Shown here one piece after another: positions 51,640 to 61,309 of a stretch of 64,000 nucleotides of DNA. A model generated the notes under the pieces. The model was not told the origin of the DNA, made no database searches, and worked only from the letters and a program-made list of their open reading frames with translations. This DNA is from Spirochaetia bacterium. Lineage in GTDB: Bacteria > Spirochaetota > Spirochaetia > SZUA-6 > Bin103. The translations under genes and the position numbers were made by a program. Within the stretch, counting starts at the first letter, position 1. Every line of letters begins with the position of its first letter. Where the stretch lies: contig CBDATQ010000002.1 of the NCBI GenBank assembly GCA_965199955.1, positions 480,001-544,000 on the forward strand. Reading direction: 5' to 3'.

Positions 51640-51711
51640 AGCGCCCGAGCGGAATCGAACCGCCATCTCAAGCTTGGAAGGCTTGGGTATTGACCGTTAT
51701 ACGACAGGCGC
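51640..51711 (-). tRNA. tRNA-Gly (anticodon TCC), CCA not encoded
   Basis: GCGCCTG TC GTAT AACGGTCA ATAC C CAAGC CTTCCAA GCTTG AGAT GGCGG TTCGATT CCGCT CGGGCGC T folds into a full cloverleaf. Confidence 0.93.
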
Positions 51712-51722
51712 GACGCCAGCCC

Positions 51723-51751
51723 ACGGTAGGGCCGCCCCGTGCTCCTGTCAA
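51723..51751 (-). promoter_or_regulatory. Sigma70-type promoter for tRNA-Gly
   Basis: Minus strand TTGACA-17 bp-TACCGT, 11 nt before the tRNA 5' end. Confidence 0.7.
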
Positions 51752-51780
51752 CATCGTGCCCGGCGTGCTACGGTTGCCCC

Positions 51781-52092
51781 GTGGGTCAACGAGGCGAGCT
51801 GTTTTCGAGCCGAACGACGGTCGGCAATCGCACCTATTTCTTCAATGTGAAGGAAAACCGGGCGGGCGACATCTATCTCAACGTGGTGGAGAGCAAGAAG
51901 CGCGGGGACGATGCCAACTTCGAGCGCCACTCGATCATGATCTTCGAAGAGGACATGGGCGGATTCCTGGCCAGCTTCGACAAGGCGATCCGCTTCATCC
52001 GCGCCCGCGAGCAGACCCGCCGCGGCTGGCCAGGCACGTCCCGGACGTCCGACCCGGTCAACCCCGAAACCGAGCGTCGTAGGCGTCCCTGA
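51781..52092 (+). CDS. PUR-alpha / DUF3276 nucleic-acid-binding protein (BpuR-like)
   Basis: GQRGELFS...NRTYFFNVKENR.GD.YLNVVESKK...FERHSIMIFEED. Confidence 0.88.
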   Translation: MGQRGELFSSRTTVGNRTYFFNVKENRAGDIYLNVVESKKRGDDANFERHSIMIFEEDMGGFLASFDKAIRFIRAREQTRRGWPGTSRTSDPVNPETERRRRP

Positions 52093-53187
52093 TCCTGGCC
52101 AGCGTGTCGGCGGGCAGCGGGTTGCCGTCGGAGATCAGCGCGTTCGCGCGCAGGTGGCCGGGGTCGGTGGTGCCGACGATGGCGGTGCTGACGTCGGCCC
52201 GCGACAGGGTGTAACGCAGCGCGAACTCGACCAGGGGCATCTCTCCGGCAAGCTCGCGCAGCCCCAACCGTTGCGCCAAGTCCCAGCTTTCACCGAAGCT
52301 GGTCGCCGGGCGCTCCGCTCTCAGGTAGGCGGCGTTGGCGATGGGCCGCTTGACGATCACGCCCATGCCGCGCTCGTGCAGGGCGGGCATCAACTCCCGG
52401 TCGGCCTCCTGATAGAGGATGTTGTGTAGGTGAGCTCCTGCGCATCCAGCGGGCGCCGGCGTGCCTCCATGGCGGCAGCGGGACCGTCGCCGGAGACTCC
52501 GACGAAGCGCGCCCAGCCGCGCGACTTCGCCTTCAGAAACGCGTCGAAGGCCGCGTCGGCGTCGTAGTCGCCGCGGGGCAGCCGCGAGGACGGTCAGCGG
52601 CGCGGCGCGCCTGGCCGAGGGGAGCCGCCGCCCGAGCCGGTAGGACGGCACCGTGGACCAGTGGGTGCCCAACAGGGATGTCTCGGTGGACACGGCATGG
52701 TCCGCCACCGTGGCGAGGGTCAACCGGTTGCGCGCCGTCTCGGACACCGCCCGGTTGCCCTCCATCCGTAGCGGTCCGAGCACGGTGAAGTTCAGCCACA
52801 CCTCCTCGGGTCGCTCCGACTCCACGTCGTCGAGCAGCAACACCACGCAGGGCCTGAGGAACACGACGTGGCGGCGCACGCGGCGCGCGCGGTCGTACAC
52901 GGCCGTCGCGTCGGCGGTGACCCAGTCGACGCCGGCGGGGTCGCCCGGACAGCGGTCGCCCGAGGTGCTCCGAAAATCGGTGATGGCGGTGTCGTAGGCG
53001 ATCAGGCCGCCGTGCTGGTCGCGACCGCCGACGGTGATCGTGTTGTGGCACGCGGTGCCCTTGTAGAGGGCACCCGACGGGTCGGGCGAGCGGAGCGAGC
53101 CCCACTCGAAGAGTGGCCGGCCTCCAGGTGCAGCAGCAGCTTGCCGATCCAGGCACCAAAGGCGCGCCACCGATTTCGGATCGTCAC
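52058..53187 (-). pseudogene. Chimeric remnant: heparinase II/III-like fragment fused in frame to aldo/keto reductase C-terminus
   Basis: TACHNTITVGGRDQ...ADATAVY...RRHVVFLRP..LLLDDV, then HNILYQEA...GMGVIVKRPIA...FALRYTLS...AIVGTT...HLRAN. Confidence 0.7.
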
Positions 53188-54440
53188 TGTACCCAGATTA
53201 CGCGGTTCGTCAGGATGTCCATGAGGCTGTCGCCCGCGGGCCCCTCCTGGTAGAGGATGCCGGGGGAGGCGGGCGGCGGCACGATCCCCAGGGGGCGCTC
53301 CAGGTGGGGGAACCAGTGCGCCGTGTCCGGATCGGTCGTGCTCAACTGCTCCATGGCGAAGGTGGCGCCGCCGTCGGCGGACACGAAGCGCACGACCTCA
53401 CTGGCCGCATCGCCCCAGGGAGCCTTGTCGGCAACGTCCTCGGTGGTCGCGACTCCGACCAGCCGGCCCGCGGCGTCGGACACGACGCTCGGCGCCAGCC
53501 CGAAGCAGCGTCCCGGCTCCAGTTCCACCTGCTCGTTCAGGACGATGCGGCGCCAGCTCCCGTCGCCCGCGGGCGTGCACACGGTGTTGGTGCCCTCGCC
53601 GGCCGACCACGTGCTGTAGACCAGCCACGGCGTGCCGTCCGGGGCCACCGCCAGCGCCCCGGCCTGCAGGGCGCTCCCGTAGTCCAGGCCGCCGGCGGCG
53701 ATCACGTCGACGGTCTCGGCCGTCACGGGCAAGGCCACCTGCGTCCCGTCCGAGCGCTGCCAGGTGCGCCCGGCGTCCGGGCTGAACAGGTAGCCGACGG
53801 TCTGAATGCGGCCGTAGGCCTCGGCGTCCGACTTCTCGTGGAATCGGATCGTCATGTGCAGGCCCACGCGGTCCGGGGCCCACGCGTAGGACTCGCCGAA
53901 GTGGGCGTAGTTGGGATGGCGCGAGCTCGCGAGGACCAGCGGCTCGCTCCAGGAGCCGCCGGGGCTCTTGCGCAGCAGGTGCAGATCCCAGGGCCGGTCA
54001 TGTCCGAGCCTGCGCTCACGCGTCAGGAAGCTCTGCCGGCAGCTCAGCAGCAACTCGTCATCGGCGCCCACGGCGAGCTTCGGGTAGCTGTAGCCGTCGC
54101 CGATCAACTCCTCGTCCGTCCACTCCGAGGCGTCGTTGGGGCGCAGGGAGCGGCGGTAGCGGATCGCGTGGTGGTGCGGGTAATAGGCGACGTGCAGGTA
54201 CCCCTGGCTGTCGTTCACCAGCGCCGGACCGCCGTGGTTGTCGTACGCCTCGCCGATGGTGTGCGTCTCGGACCAGGTGCCGCTGGCGCGATCGAGGGTG
54301 CGGATCCGCACCCGGAACCCGTCGGCGACCGAGTCGAGCCAGGTGACGTGCACGGCGTCGTCGAGGGTGACGATCTTGTTCTCCTGCGGGTACGCAGTGG
54401 AGCGACCGCACCCATGCGCGGAGAGAAGCTGACCTGCCAT
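53184..54440 (-). CDS. BNR-4 repeat-containing protein
   Basis: DNHGGPAL..DSQGYLHV.Y..HH, YSYP, SPDAGRTWQRSDG, SADGGATF. Confidence 0.8.
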   Translation of the reverse strand: MAGQLLSAHGCGRSTAYPQENKIVTLDDAVHVTWLDSVADGFRVRIRTLDRASGTWSETHTIGEAYDNHGGPALVNDSQGYLHVAYYPHHHAIRYRRSLRPNDASEWTDEELIGDGYSYPKLAVGADDELLLSCRQSFLTRERRLGHDRPWDLHLLRKSPGGSWSEPLVLASSRHPNYAHFGESYAWAPDRVGLHMTIRFHEKSDAEAYGRIQTVGYLFSPDAGRTWQRSDGTQVALPVTAETVDVIAAGGLDYGSALQAGALAVAPDGTPWLVYSTWSAGEGTNTVCTPAGDGSWRRIVLNEQVELEPGRCFGLAPSVVSDAAGRLVGVATTEDVADKAPWGDAASEVVRFVSADGGATFAMEQLSTTDPDTAHWFPHLERPLGIVPPPASPGILYQEGPAGDSLMDILTNRVIWVQ

Positions 54441-54494
54441 TCGAACCTCCTGTGCGCGATCGAATCACGCGCCCATTACGTTACCGCGGATGGA

Positions 54495-55748
54495 TCACAG
54501 CCACCCGGCGACCGTCCAGAACACGCCTTCGCGCCCGAACGAGCGGTCGAGCAGGCGCGCCGCGTCAGTCGTCGGGTCGGCCCCGTAGGTTTCCACGTAC
54601 CGCTCGTGCAGCCGCCGTTCCAGCTCGGTCTGCTCCACCAGGGGCAGATCCAGCCAGCGTGACCCCTGCAGCGCGCTCTCGCGCGCGGCGATCCATACCT
54701 CCAGGTCCTTGCGCGCTTCCGCCGCCCCGTACTCCGGCGCGCCGTCCTCGGTCACCGCCCGGTGCAGGCTGGAGAGAATCGACGCCTTGGCGACGTCGTC
54801 GTGCGCGGAGAGCCCGCTGCCGATCCCGTGGCCGGCGAAGGGGTTCTCCCAGACCACCGGCGGGTCGGTGTCCACGCGGACCGCCGTCAGGACCTGCCCG
54901 TCTCCGGCCTGCTCGTGCACGTCGACGAACGGGTAGCGCTCCGCCTTGCCGTCGCGGTAGAGCACCAGCTCGTCGGACGTCATTCCGTTGCCGGCGAGGT
55001 AGCCGCCGGTGCCCTCGATGTCCCAGTGGCTGCCGCGCGCGCCCCCCGGCGGCATCTCGTAGAGGCAGGTCACGTCGCCTTCATGCTCGACGACGCCGCT
55101 TTCCCACCAGCGCGTGGTCTGCCGTGCGCCACCGTAGGTGGCGAAGGGGGGGACCTGCAGCTCCTGGGCGTACCCGAGCACCCGCCTCGGATCGAGGCCC
55201 ATCGCCTTGCGCACGCCGTTGAAGCCGTGATAGCTGCCGGACGCGTACCAGAGCCGGGCGTGGTTGAGCGTTCCCGGCAATCCCTGCTCGACGATCAGGC
55301 GCTTCAGCCGCTCGCGCGGCCAGCGCCAGACGTTCTCGGCGATCTCCCAGCGCAGGTTGCGCTCCTCGCACGAGCGGCGGAGGTAGTCGCCGTGGGCGAG
55401 GGTGTCGCCGTAGGGGATCTCGGTGATGAGGTGACAGCCGTGCTCGACGGCGGCCAGCGCCACGACGATCTGGCCGTCGGTCGGCACCAGGACGAAGACG
55501 ACGTCGGGCGCCTCGGCCTCGAGCATCTCCGTCACGTTGTCGTAGAGCTTCTGCACGCCGAAGAGATCGCCGGCGGTGCGCAGCGCCTCGGCTCCGCTGT
55601 CGCACAGGGCGCACAGGTCGTAGCGGTCGGCGAGCTGCGTCAGGACCGCCAGGTAGCCGCGTGCCCGGGAGTGCTCGTAGGTGCCGACGCCGACGACGGC
55701 GATGCGCAGCCGCTGCGCGCCGTTACCTGCGATCCGGCTACCCGCCAC
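54495..55748 (-). CDS. Gfo/Idh/MocA family oxidoreductase
   Basis: LRIAVVGVG, LCALCD, PDVVFVLVP, HLITEIP, IAENV. Confidence 0.85.
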   Translation of the reverse strand: MAGSRIAGNGAQRLRIAVVGVGTYEHSRARGYLAVLTQLADRYDLCALCDSGAEALRTAGDLFGVQKLYDNVTEMLEAEAPDVVFVLVPTDGQIVVALAAVEHGCHLITEIPYGDTLAHGDYLRRSCEERNLRWEIAENVWRWPRERLKRLIVEQGLPGTLNHARLWYASGSYHGFNGVRKAMGLDPRRVLGYAQELQVPPFATYGGARQTTRWWESGVVEHEGDVTCLYEMPPGGARGSHWDIEGTGGYLAGNGMTSDELVLYRDGKAERYPFVDVHEQAGDGQVLTAVRVDTDPPVVWENPFAGHGIGSGLSAHDDVAKASILSSLHRAVTEDGAPEYGAAEARKDLEVWIAARESALQGSRWLDLPLVEQTELERRLHERYVETYGADPTTDAARLLDRSFGREGVFWTVAGWL

Positions 55749-56625
55749 CCGCGCACTCGGCCAGGAAGGCGTCGTGCAGGGGCACCAGCGGCGAGAGAGA
55801 CGCGTCGGTCTCCGTGACCTGGAAGCGAGCCCGCACCGTGCGCCCGGAGCCGGGCACCAGGTCTTCGCCGAACAGCGACAAGTACAGCGGGTTCTGGTCC
55901 TTGAAGTGATCGGCCAGGTTGGGGGTGTCGTAGCCGGAGATCACCGCGTAGCAGTCCTCGGGGTTTGACATGAGCACCGCGGCCACGCGGTTGGCGGGAT
56001 CGGTCTGGCACATCAGCGGCCGCGCATAGAACCGCTGGGGGTTCCACTGGTAGGTGCCTCAGATGCGGTCCCAGCGGCCGTCGGTCGAGCGGCGAGCCGC
56101 GTGCTGGTCGCGCGCGAACACCAGTCCGGTGCCCACGAACACGTCGCTCAGGACCGGGGCGATCCACTGGTCCTGGTCAGGCGGATCGGCGAACTGGCTG
56201 CCCGCCACGAAGACGTGCGGCACTATCGACGTGACGAAGTAGCTCGACAGGAAGACCTCGTAGGCGGGATAGGGCCAGTGGGAGCGAACCGTGACCTGAA
56301 GGTCGATGATGTTGGGCTCCTTGACGTGATAGGTCGCCGTCAGATCGGCCTTGTGCTCCTCGTTCGGCTCGAAGCGGACCTCCAGGGAATCGCCGTCGGC
56401 GCGGACCGACCGCTCCAGCAGGCGCGCCTGGCCCATCCAGTGGTTGGTCGAGAACAGCAGGAAGAGGTTGAAGACGTCGAACTTCGGGTGCACGACCTGG
56501 ATGCCGGTGGGCTTGTGCAGGACCTCCTTGACGCCGTGGCGCTCACCGTGGGGCTGGATGAACCCGCACAACTCCTCCGTCTCGAACTCCCACACGTCGT
56601 TGCCCGCAGCGTGGATGAGCGCCAT
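55738..56625 (-). pseudogene. Conserved-looking hypothetical protein interrupted by one in-frame TGA (56059-56061)
   Basis: ...DGRWDRI*GTYQWNPQRFYARPLMCQTD...SLFGEDLVPG; both halves are in the same frame; strong SD before 56625. Confidence 0.7.
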
Positions 56626-56756
56626 GGTGTTCCTCCAAGGGTGGCTTCGTGTCGTCGAAGACGGAAAGTATTCGAGCGCAAGCCGGTTGGAATCAAGGGA
56701 GTGGTGCGCCCTGTCGGCTGCTTGAGCGCCGACGGCTCCGGGTCGAGAATAGGCCG

Positions 56757-58307
56757 ATGATCAGGCGCAGGCTGCCAATCGGCATGCAAACCTTCCGCAC
56801 GCTGCGGGAGGCGAATGCCTACTACGTCGACAAGACGCCGTACATCCGCCGGCTGCTGGACGAGGGCACGCACTACTTCCTGTCGCGTCCGCGGCGGTTC
56901 GGCAAGAGCCTGTTCCTGGACACGCTGAAGGAGGTCTTCCAGGGCAACGAGGAGCTGTTCGAAGGGCTCTACATCCACGATCACCACGACTGGTCGAAGC
57001 GCCACCCGGTGGTTCGGCTGAGCTTCGGCGGCGGGAACTTCAAGGATCCCGACCTGCTGGAGGCCAACGTCATGGAGCAGCTCGCCGCCGCCGAACGGCG
57101 GATGGGGGTGGTCCCCGAGTACCTGACGGCGCCGGGCCGCTTCGCCTTTCTCCTGGAAGCCCTGCACGGGCAGGCGGGACGGCGGGTCGCGGTGCTGGTG
57201 GACGAGTACGACAAGCCGATCCTGGACGCGCTGGTGGACGCGCCGGACGTGGCTCGCGCCAACCGGGACTTCCTGCGCGGGCTGTACGGGGTGATCAAGG
57301 ACTGCGACGCGCACGTTCGGTTCACGTTTCTTACCGGGATCAGCAAGTTCTCGAAGGTGAACCTGTTCTCGCAACTGAACAACCTCACCGACCTCACGCT
57401 GGATCCGGTCTACTCGTCGATCTGCGGCTACACCGAAGCCGACCTGGACACGGTGTTGTCGCCGGAGCTCGAGGGGCTGGACCGCGAGCGGGTGCGCGAG
57501 TGGTACAACGGCTATAGCTGGCTGGGCGCCGAGAAGGTGTACAACCCGTACGACGTGCTGCTGTTGCTGCGCCGCCGCCGGTTCGCGGCCCATTGGTTCG
57601 AGACCGGCACCCCGGCGTTTCTGGTGGATACTCTGTTCGAGCGCCAAGTGGCGTCGGTGTCTCTGGACCAGACCGTGAGCACTGAGGAACTGTTATCGAC
57701 GTTCGATGTGGGAAAGATCGGCACGGAGGCGCTGCTGTTCCAGACCGGCTATCTGACGATCACCGGAGAAGAGGAGCTGGGAGGAGAACCGCTGTATCGG
57801 CTGGGCTACCCAAATCGGGAGGTGCGCCAGAGCCTGAACCGGGTACTGCTGAGTCAACTCGTGCAGGACGTGGAACAGCAGACGGCGAACAGCATGCGGC
57901 TGCAACGCCTGCTTGCCGCGCACGACAGCGCGGGGCTGCAGGAGCTGTTCCACGCGTTCTTCGCGAGCATTCCCTACGAGTGGCACACGAGCAACGACAT
58001 CGCCAATTACGAGGGCTACTACGCGAGCGTGTTCTACTCGTATTTCGCGGCGCTGGGGTACGAGATCGTCGTGGAGGAGTCGAGCAGCCACGGCCGCCTG
58101 GACATGGCGGTGCGCACCGCCGGGCACGTGTACCTGTTCGAGTTCAAGGTGGTGGAGATGGCGCCGCGGGGGTCGGCGCTCGCCCAGTTGCAGGAGCGGG
58201 ACTACGCGGCCAGGTACCGGGGTGCAGGCGAGCCGATCCACCTGATCGGGGTGGAGTTCAGCCGCGAGACGCGCAACGTCACGGCATTCCAGGTGGCCGA
58301 CGGCTGA
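56757..58307 (+). CDS. AAA-ATPase-like protein with C-terminal PD-(D/E)XK nuclease (DUF1703 type)
   Basis: LPIGMQTF..LR...YYVDKT, RPRRFGKSL, LVDEYDKP, WYNGY, YNP, EGYYASVFY, GRLDM, FEFK. Confidence 0.9.
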   Translation: MIRRRLPIGMQTFRTLREANAYYVDKTPYIRRLLDEGTHYFLSRPRRFGKSLFLDTLKEVFQGNEELFEGLYIHDHHDWSKRHPVVRLSFGGGNFKDPDLLEANVMEQLAAAERRMGVVPEYLTAPGRFAFLLEALHGQAGRRVAVLVDEYDKPILDALVDAPDVARANRDFLRGLYGVIKDCDAHVRFTFLTGISKFSKVNLFSQLNNLTDLTLDPVYSSICGYTEADLDTVLSPELEGLDRERVREWYNGYSWLGAEKVYNPYDVLLLLRRRRFAAHWFETGTPAFLVDTLFERQVASVSLDQTVSTEELLSTFDVGKIGTEALLFQTGYLTITGEEELGGEPLYRLGYPNREVRQSLNRVLLSQLVQDVEQQTANSMRLQRLLAAHDSAGLQELFHAFFASIPYEWHTSNDIANYEGYYASVFYSYFAALGYEIVVEESSSHGRLDMAVRTAGHVYLFEFKVVEMAPRGSALAQLQERDYAARYRGAGEPIHLIGVEFSRETRNVTAFQVADG

Positions 58308-58339
58308 CCCATGACTGCGATGGGGGCTCGGTGGACAGG

Positions 58340-58909
58340 ATGAGCGGTGAGGATGTTTCCCCGGCGTGCCCGGTGCCGGAGTACGAGCCACAGCAGCTCA
58401 GCATGAGCATGGGCCGGGACCGGCTGCCCGGGCTCTGCGGGACGCGGGTGCCCGACGGGTATCTGCTGCGAGGGTGCCGGGCGAGCGACAGCGATGGCAT
58501 CGCGGGCGTGCTGGACGCCGGCGGCTTCCAGGGATGGACGACAGCGAGGGTCGCCGACTACCTGGCGGAGCCCGAGCGCCGTGATGGGACGCGCGTCGTC
58601 GCCTGCGGCACCCGGATCGTCGCCTCCACCTTTGCCTCCTGGCAGGAACTGGGCCACATCGGCGTGCTGGACTACGTGGCGTGTCACCCCGACCACCGCG
58701 GGCGGGGGCTCGGCCGCGCGGTGTGCCTGGGCGTGCTCGGGTTCTTCGCGCGGCGCGGCTACGAGTCGGTGACACTTACGACCGACGACGTCAGGCTGCC
58801 GGCGATCGCCCTCTACCTGTCGCTGGGCTTCGCGCCGGACATGACGCGCGACGACATGCCGGGCCGCTGGGAGAAGATCATGCGCCAGCTCGAAGCGAAG
58901 GGCCGATGA
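58340..58909 (+). CDS. GNAT acetyltransferase
   Basis: VACHPDHRGRGLGRAV, LTTDDVRLPAIALYLSLGF. Confidence 0.88.
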   Translation: MSGEDVSPACPVPEYEPQQLSMSMGRDRLPGLCGTRVPDGYLLRGCRASDSDGIAGVLDAGGFQGWTTARVADYLAEPERRDGTRVVACGTRIVASTFASWQELGHIGVLDYVACHPDHRGRGLGRAVCLGVLGFFARRGYESVTLTTDDVRLPAIALYLSLGFAPDMTRDDMPGRWEKIMRQLEAKGR

Positions 58910-60021
58910 GCGCGCTGGAAGCCGTCAGCGTCGGGATCGTCGGCGCGGCCGGCCGGGGCGGCCGGCTCCGCCACGCGTTCGAGCTGCTGGACGCGGTGCG
59001 GATCACGGCGGTGTGCGATATCGACGCCGAGGGGCTGGAGCGCGCGCGGCACGAGCTCAGTGCGTCCGAGGCGTACCTGGACTACAGCGAGATGATCGAG
59101 CGTTCGGAGCTGGACGCGGTCATCATAGGCACGCCGATGCCCCTGCACGCGTCGCAGGCGATCGCGGCGCTGGAGCGCGACGTGCACGTGCTGAGCGAGG
59201 TCCCCGCGGCGGTTTCGATCGACGAATGCCGGCGCCTGGTGCGCGCGTGCCGCACCAGCCGGGCGAGCTACATGCTCGGCGAGAACGTCACCTACACGCG
59301 TCCCAACATGATCGTGCGGGAGATGGTGCGCAGGGGCGAGTTCGGCGCCCCGTACTATGCCGAGGGCGAGTACCTGCACGAGCTCAAGGGCCTGAACGAG
59401 GTCACCACGTGGCGGCGGCGGTGGCAGACCGGGATCAACGGGGTGACCTACGGGACCCACAGCCTGGGGCCGATCCTGCAGTGGATGCCCGGCGACCGGG
59501 TGATGAGCGTGTGCTGCGCGGGCAGCGGCCATCACTACCGCGACCCGCGCGGCGACGAGTACGAGAACGAGGATTCCTGCGTGATGTTGTGCCGCATGCG
59601 CTCGGGCGGGCTGGTGAAGATCCGGGTGGACATGCTCTCGGACCGGCCGCACTCCATGATGAACTTCCAGCTCCAGGGCACCGACGGCTGCTACGAGTCC
59701 GCCCGCGCCCCCGGCGAACGGGACCGCGTCTGGCTGCGGTCGTGCTCACCGGACGCCAACACGTGGCTGGACCTGGATGAGATGGCCGGGGCGTTCCTGC
59801 CGGAGGCGTGGCGCGTCCACGGCGAGCTGGCGCGCACGGCCGGCCACGGCGGCGGCGACCTCCTGGAGATCCTGGACTGGGTGCATGCGATCCGCACCGG
59901 CACGCCGCCGCGGACCGGCATCGACGAGGCGATGGACATGACCATCCCCGGCCTGGTCAGCCAGCAGTCCATCGCCGAGGACGGACGCTGGCTTACGGTC
60001 CCCGATTCCCGGGAGTGGTGA
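58906..60021 (+). CDS. Gfo/Idh/MocA family oxidoreductase
   Basis: VGIVGAAGRG, GTPMPLH, HVLSEVP, YMLGEN, YAEGEYLH, YGTHS, GHGGGD. Confidence 0.9.
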   Translation: MSALEAVSVGIVGAAGRGGRLRHAFELLDAVRITAVCDIDAEGLERARHELSASEAYLDYSEMIERSELDAVIIGTPMPLHASQAIAALERDVHVLSEVPAAVSIDECRRLVRACRTSRASYMLGENVTYTRPNMIVREMVRRGEFGAPYYAEGEYLHELKGLNEVTTWRRRWQTGINGVTYGTHSLGPILQWMPGDRVMSVCCAGSGHHYRDPRGDEYENEDSCVMLCRMRSGGLVKIRVDMLSDRPHSMMNFQLQGTDGCYESARAPGERDRVWLRSCSPDANTWLDLDEMAGAFLPEAWRVHGELARTAGHGGGDLLEILDWVHAIRTGTPPRTGIDEAMDMTIPGLVSQQSIAEDGRWLTVPDSREW

Positions 60022-60475
60022 GCGAGGGCTCGCGCAGCTCCTCCACCACGTCCGCAAGACGCCCGCGGAGAAAGCGCATCGTCCCCAGATCGTCTTCGGC
60101 ACCGACGGCATCACCGTGCCGAACGACAGATCGATGTCCGTGCACGGCCAGTAGGACCAGCTGAGCGCGGTCGCGTGGGGTGAGCTGATCGCCACGGTGC
60201 CGTGGTAGGGGCCCGCCGGCTCGATGTTCCCGGCCATCGCGTCCGTGTCGAAGGCGAAGGCGCCGGTCGCGCGATCCGGCTTCAGCTCGAACATGGCTCC
60301 GTCTACCCCGGACCGATGCGCAGGCGGCTTCGCGTGAGTGGCGCATCGGCGCGCAGCGCGAATCCTCCCCACGCGATGCGGGTCGCCTCCACCGCGTACA
60401 GGTAGTCGAGCGTCCCTCCATTCCCTGTGCAGAGCACGGCGACCGCTCCGTCGGTCGCGAGTTCGCCGTACCGGG
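59993..60475 (-). pseudogene. Gene remnants including an internally deleted paralogue of the 55738-56625 gene
   Basis: MFELKPDRATGAFAFDTDAMAGNIEPAGPYHG resembles MALIHAAGNDVWEFETEELCGFIQPHGERHG; a C-terminal fragment of another ORF ends at 60303. Confidence 0.45.
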
Positions 60476-60592
60476 CTGGATGCTTACACGGTGTCCGCCG
60501 GCCGGTAGAGTAGAGGCAGGGAGCGACGATCACCGTCGGAAACCAGGAACGAACAGAACCACGCGTAGAGTTGAGAGATACGGAGAACACCC

Positions 60593-61228
60593 GTGGCTGA
60601 TGCGGATCGAGAGAGGGGACGAGGACCGGCAACCCCGCAGGAGATCTGGAACATCTTGCGCGCGGTGTCGGACAGCCAGAGAGAGACCGATCGGCGCATG
60701 CAGGAGACGGATCGGCGGATGCAGGAGACCGATCAACTGCTGAAGCGACAAGGACAGGAGACCGACCGGCGCCTGCGCAAGCTGGATGAGCTGTTCAACG
60801 GTCAGTGGGGAAAGCTGATGGAAGCCCTGGTCGAGGGCGATCTCATCGCACTGCTCAGACAGCGTGGAATCGAAGTCGAGCGTACGATGACCAACCTGAA
60901 GAAGCGCGGCGGCGCGCGGGAGTGGGAACTGGACATCGTGGCGTTGAACGGTGCGGAGGTCGTGGCGGTGGAGATGAAGACCACCCTCAAGGTGCGCGAC
61001 GTCGATCACCTGTTGGGGCTGTTGCGCGACTTCCAGGATCTGGCCCCGGAGTTTTCCGGCAAGCGGGTGTATGGGGCCGTCGCCTATCTGAAGGCCGATC
61101 AATCCTCGGACGTTCATGCGGAACGGCAGGGCCTGTACGTGATTCGAGCGACCGGCAGCAGCGCCAGCATCACCAATCGCGAGGACTTCCGGCCGCGCGT
61201 GTTCGGGCCGAGTGCGGGACCTCGTTGA
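60593..61228 (+). CDS. Coiled-coil repeat + PD-(D/E)XK-like protein (DUF3782-like)
   Basis: QETDRRM heptad repeats (21-bp units), WGKLMEALV, ELDIVALNG.EVVAVEMKT, YGAVAY, GLYVIRATG. Confidence 0.75.
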   Translation: MADADRERGRGPATPQEIWNILRAVSDSQRETDRRMQETDRRMQETDQLLKRQGQETDRRLRKLDELFNGQWGKLMEALVEGDLIALLRQRGIEVERTMTNLKKRGGAREWELDIVALNGAEVVAVEMKTTLKVRDVDHLLGLLRDFQDLAPEFSGKRVYGAVAYLKADQSSDVHAERQGLYVIRATGSSASITNREDFRPRVFGPSAGPR

Positions 61229-61309
61229 CGTGCGCACGCTGCCGGCCGGTGCGTCGGTCTGGTTCTGCGGAGACTTGACACCGGGTCCTGGTCTACGCTG
61301 GGGCGCGCC

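Noticed and set aside
51640..51711. tRNA-anchored genomic island
   Set aside because: No duplicate of the tRNA 3' end and no integrase found by eye in the window
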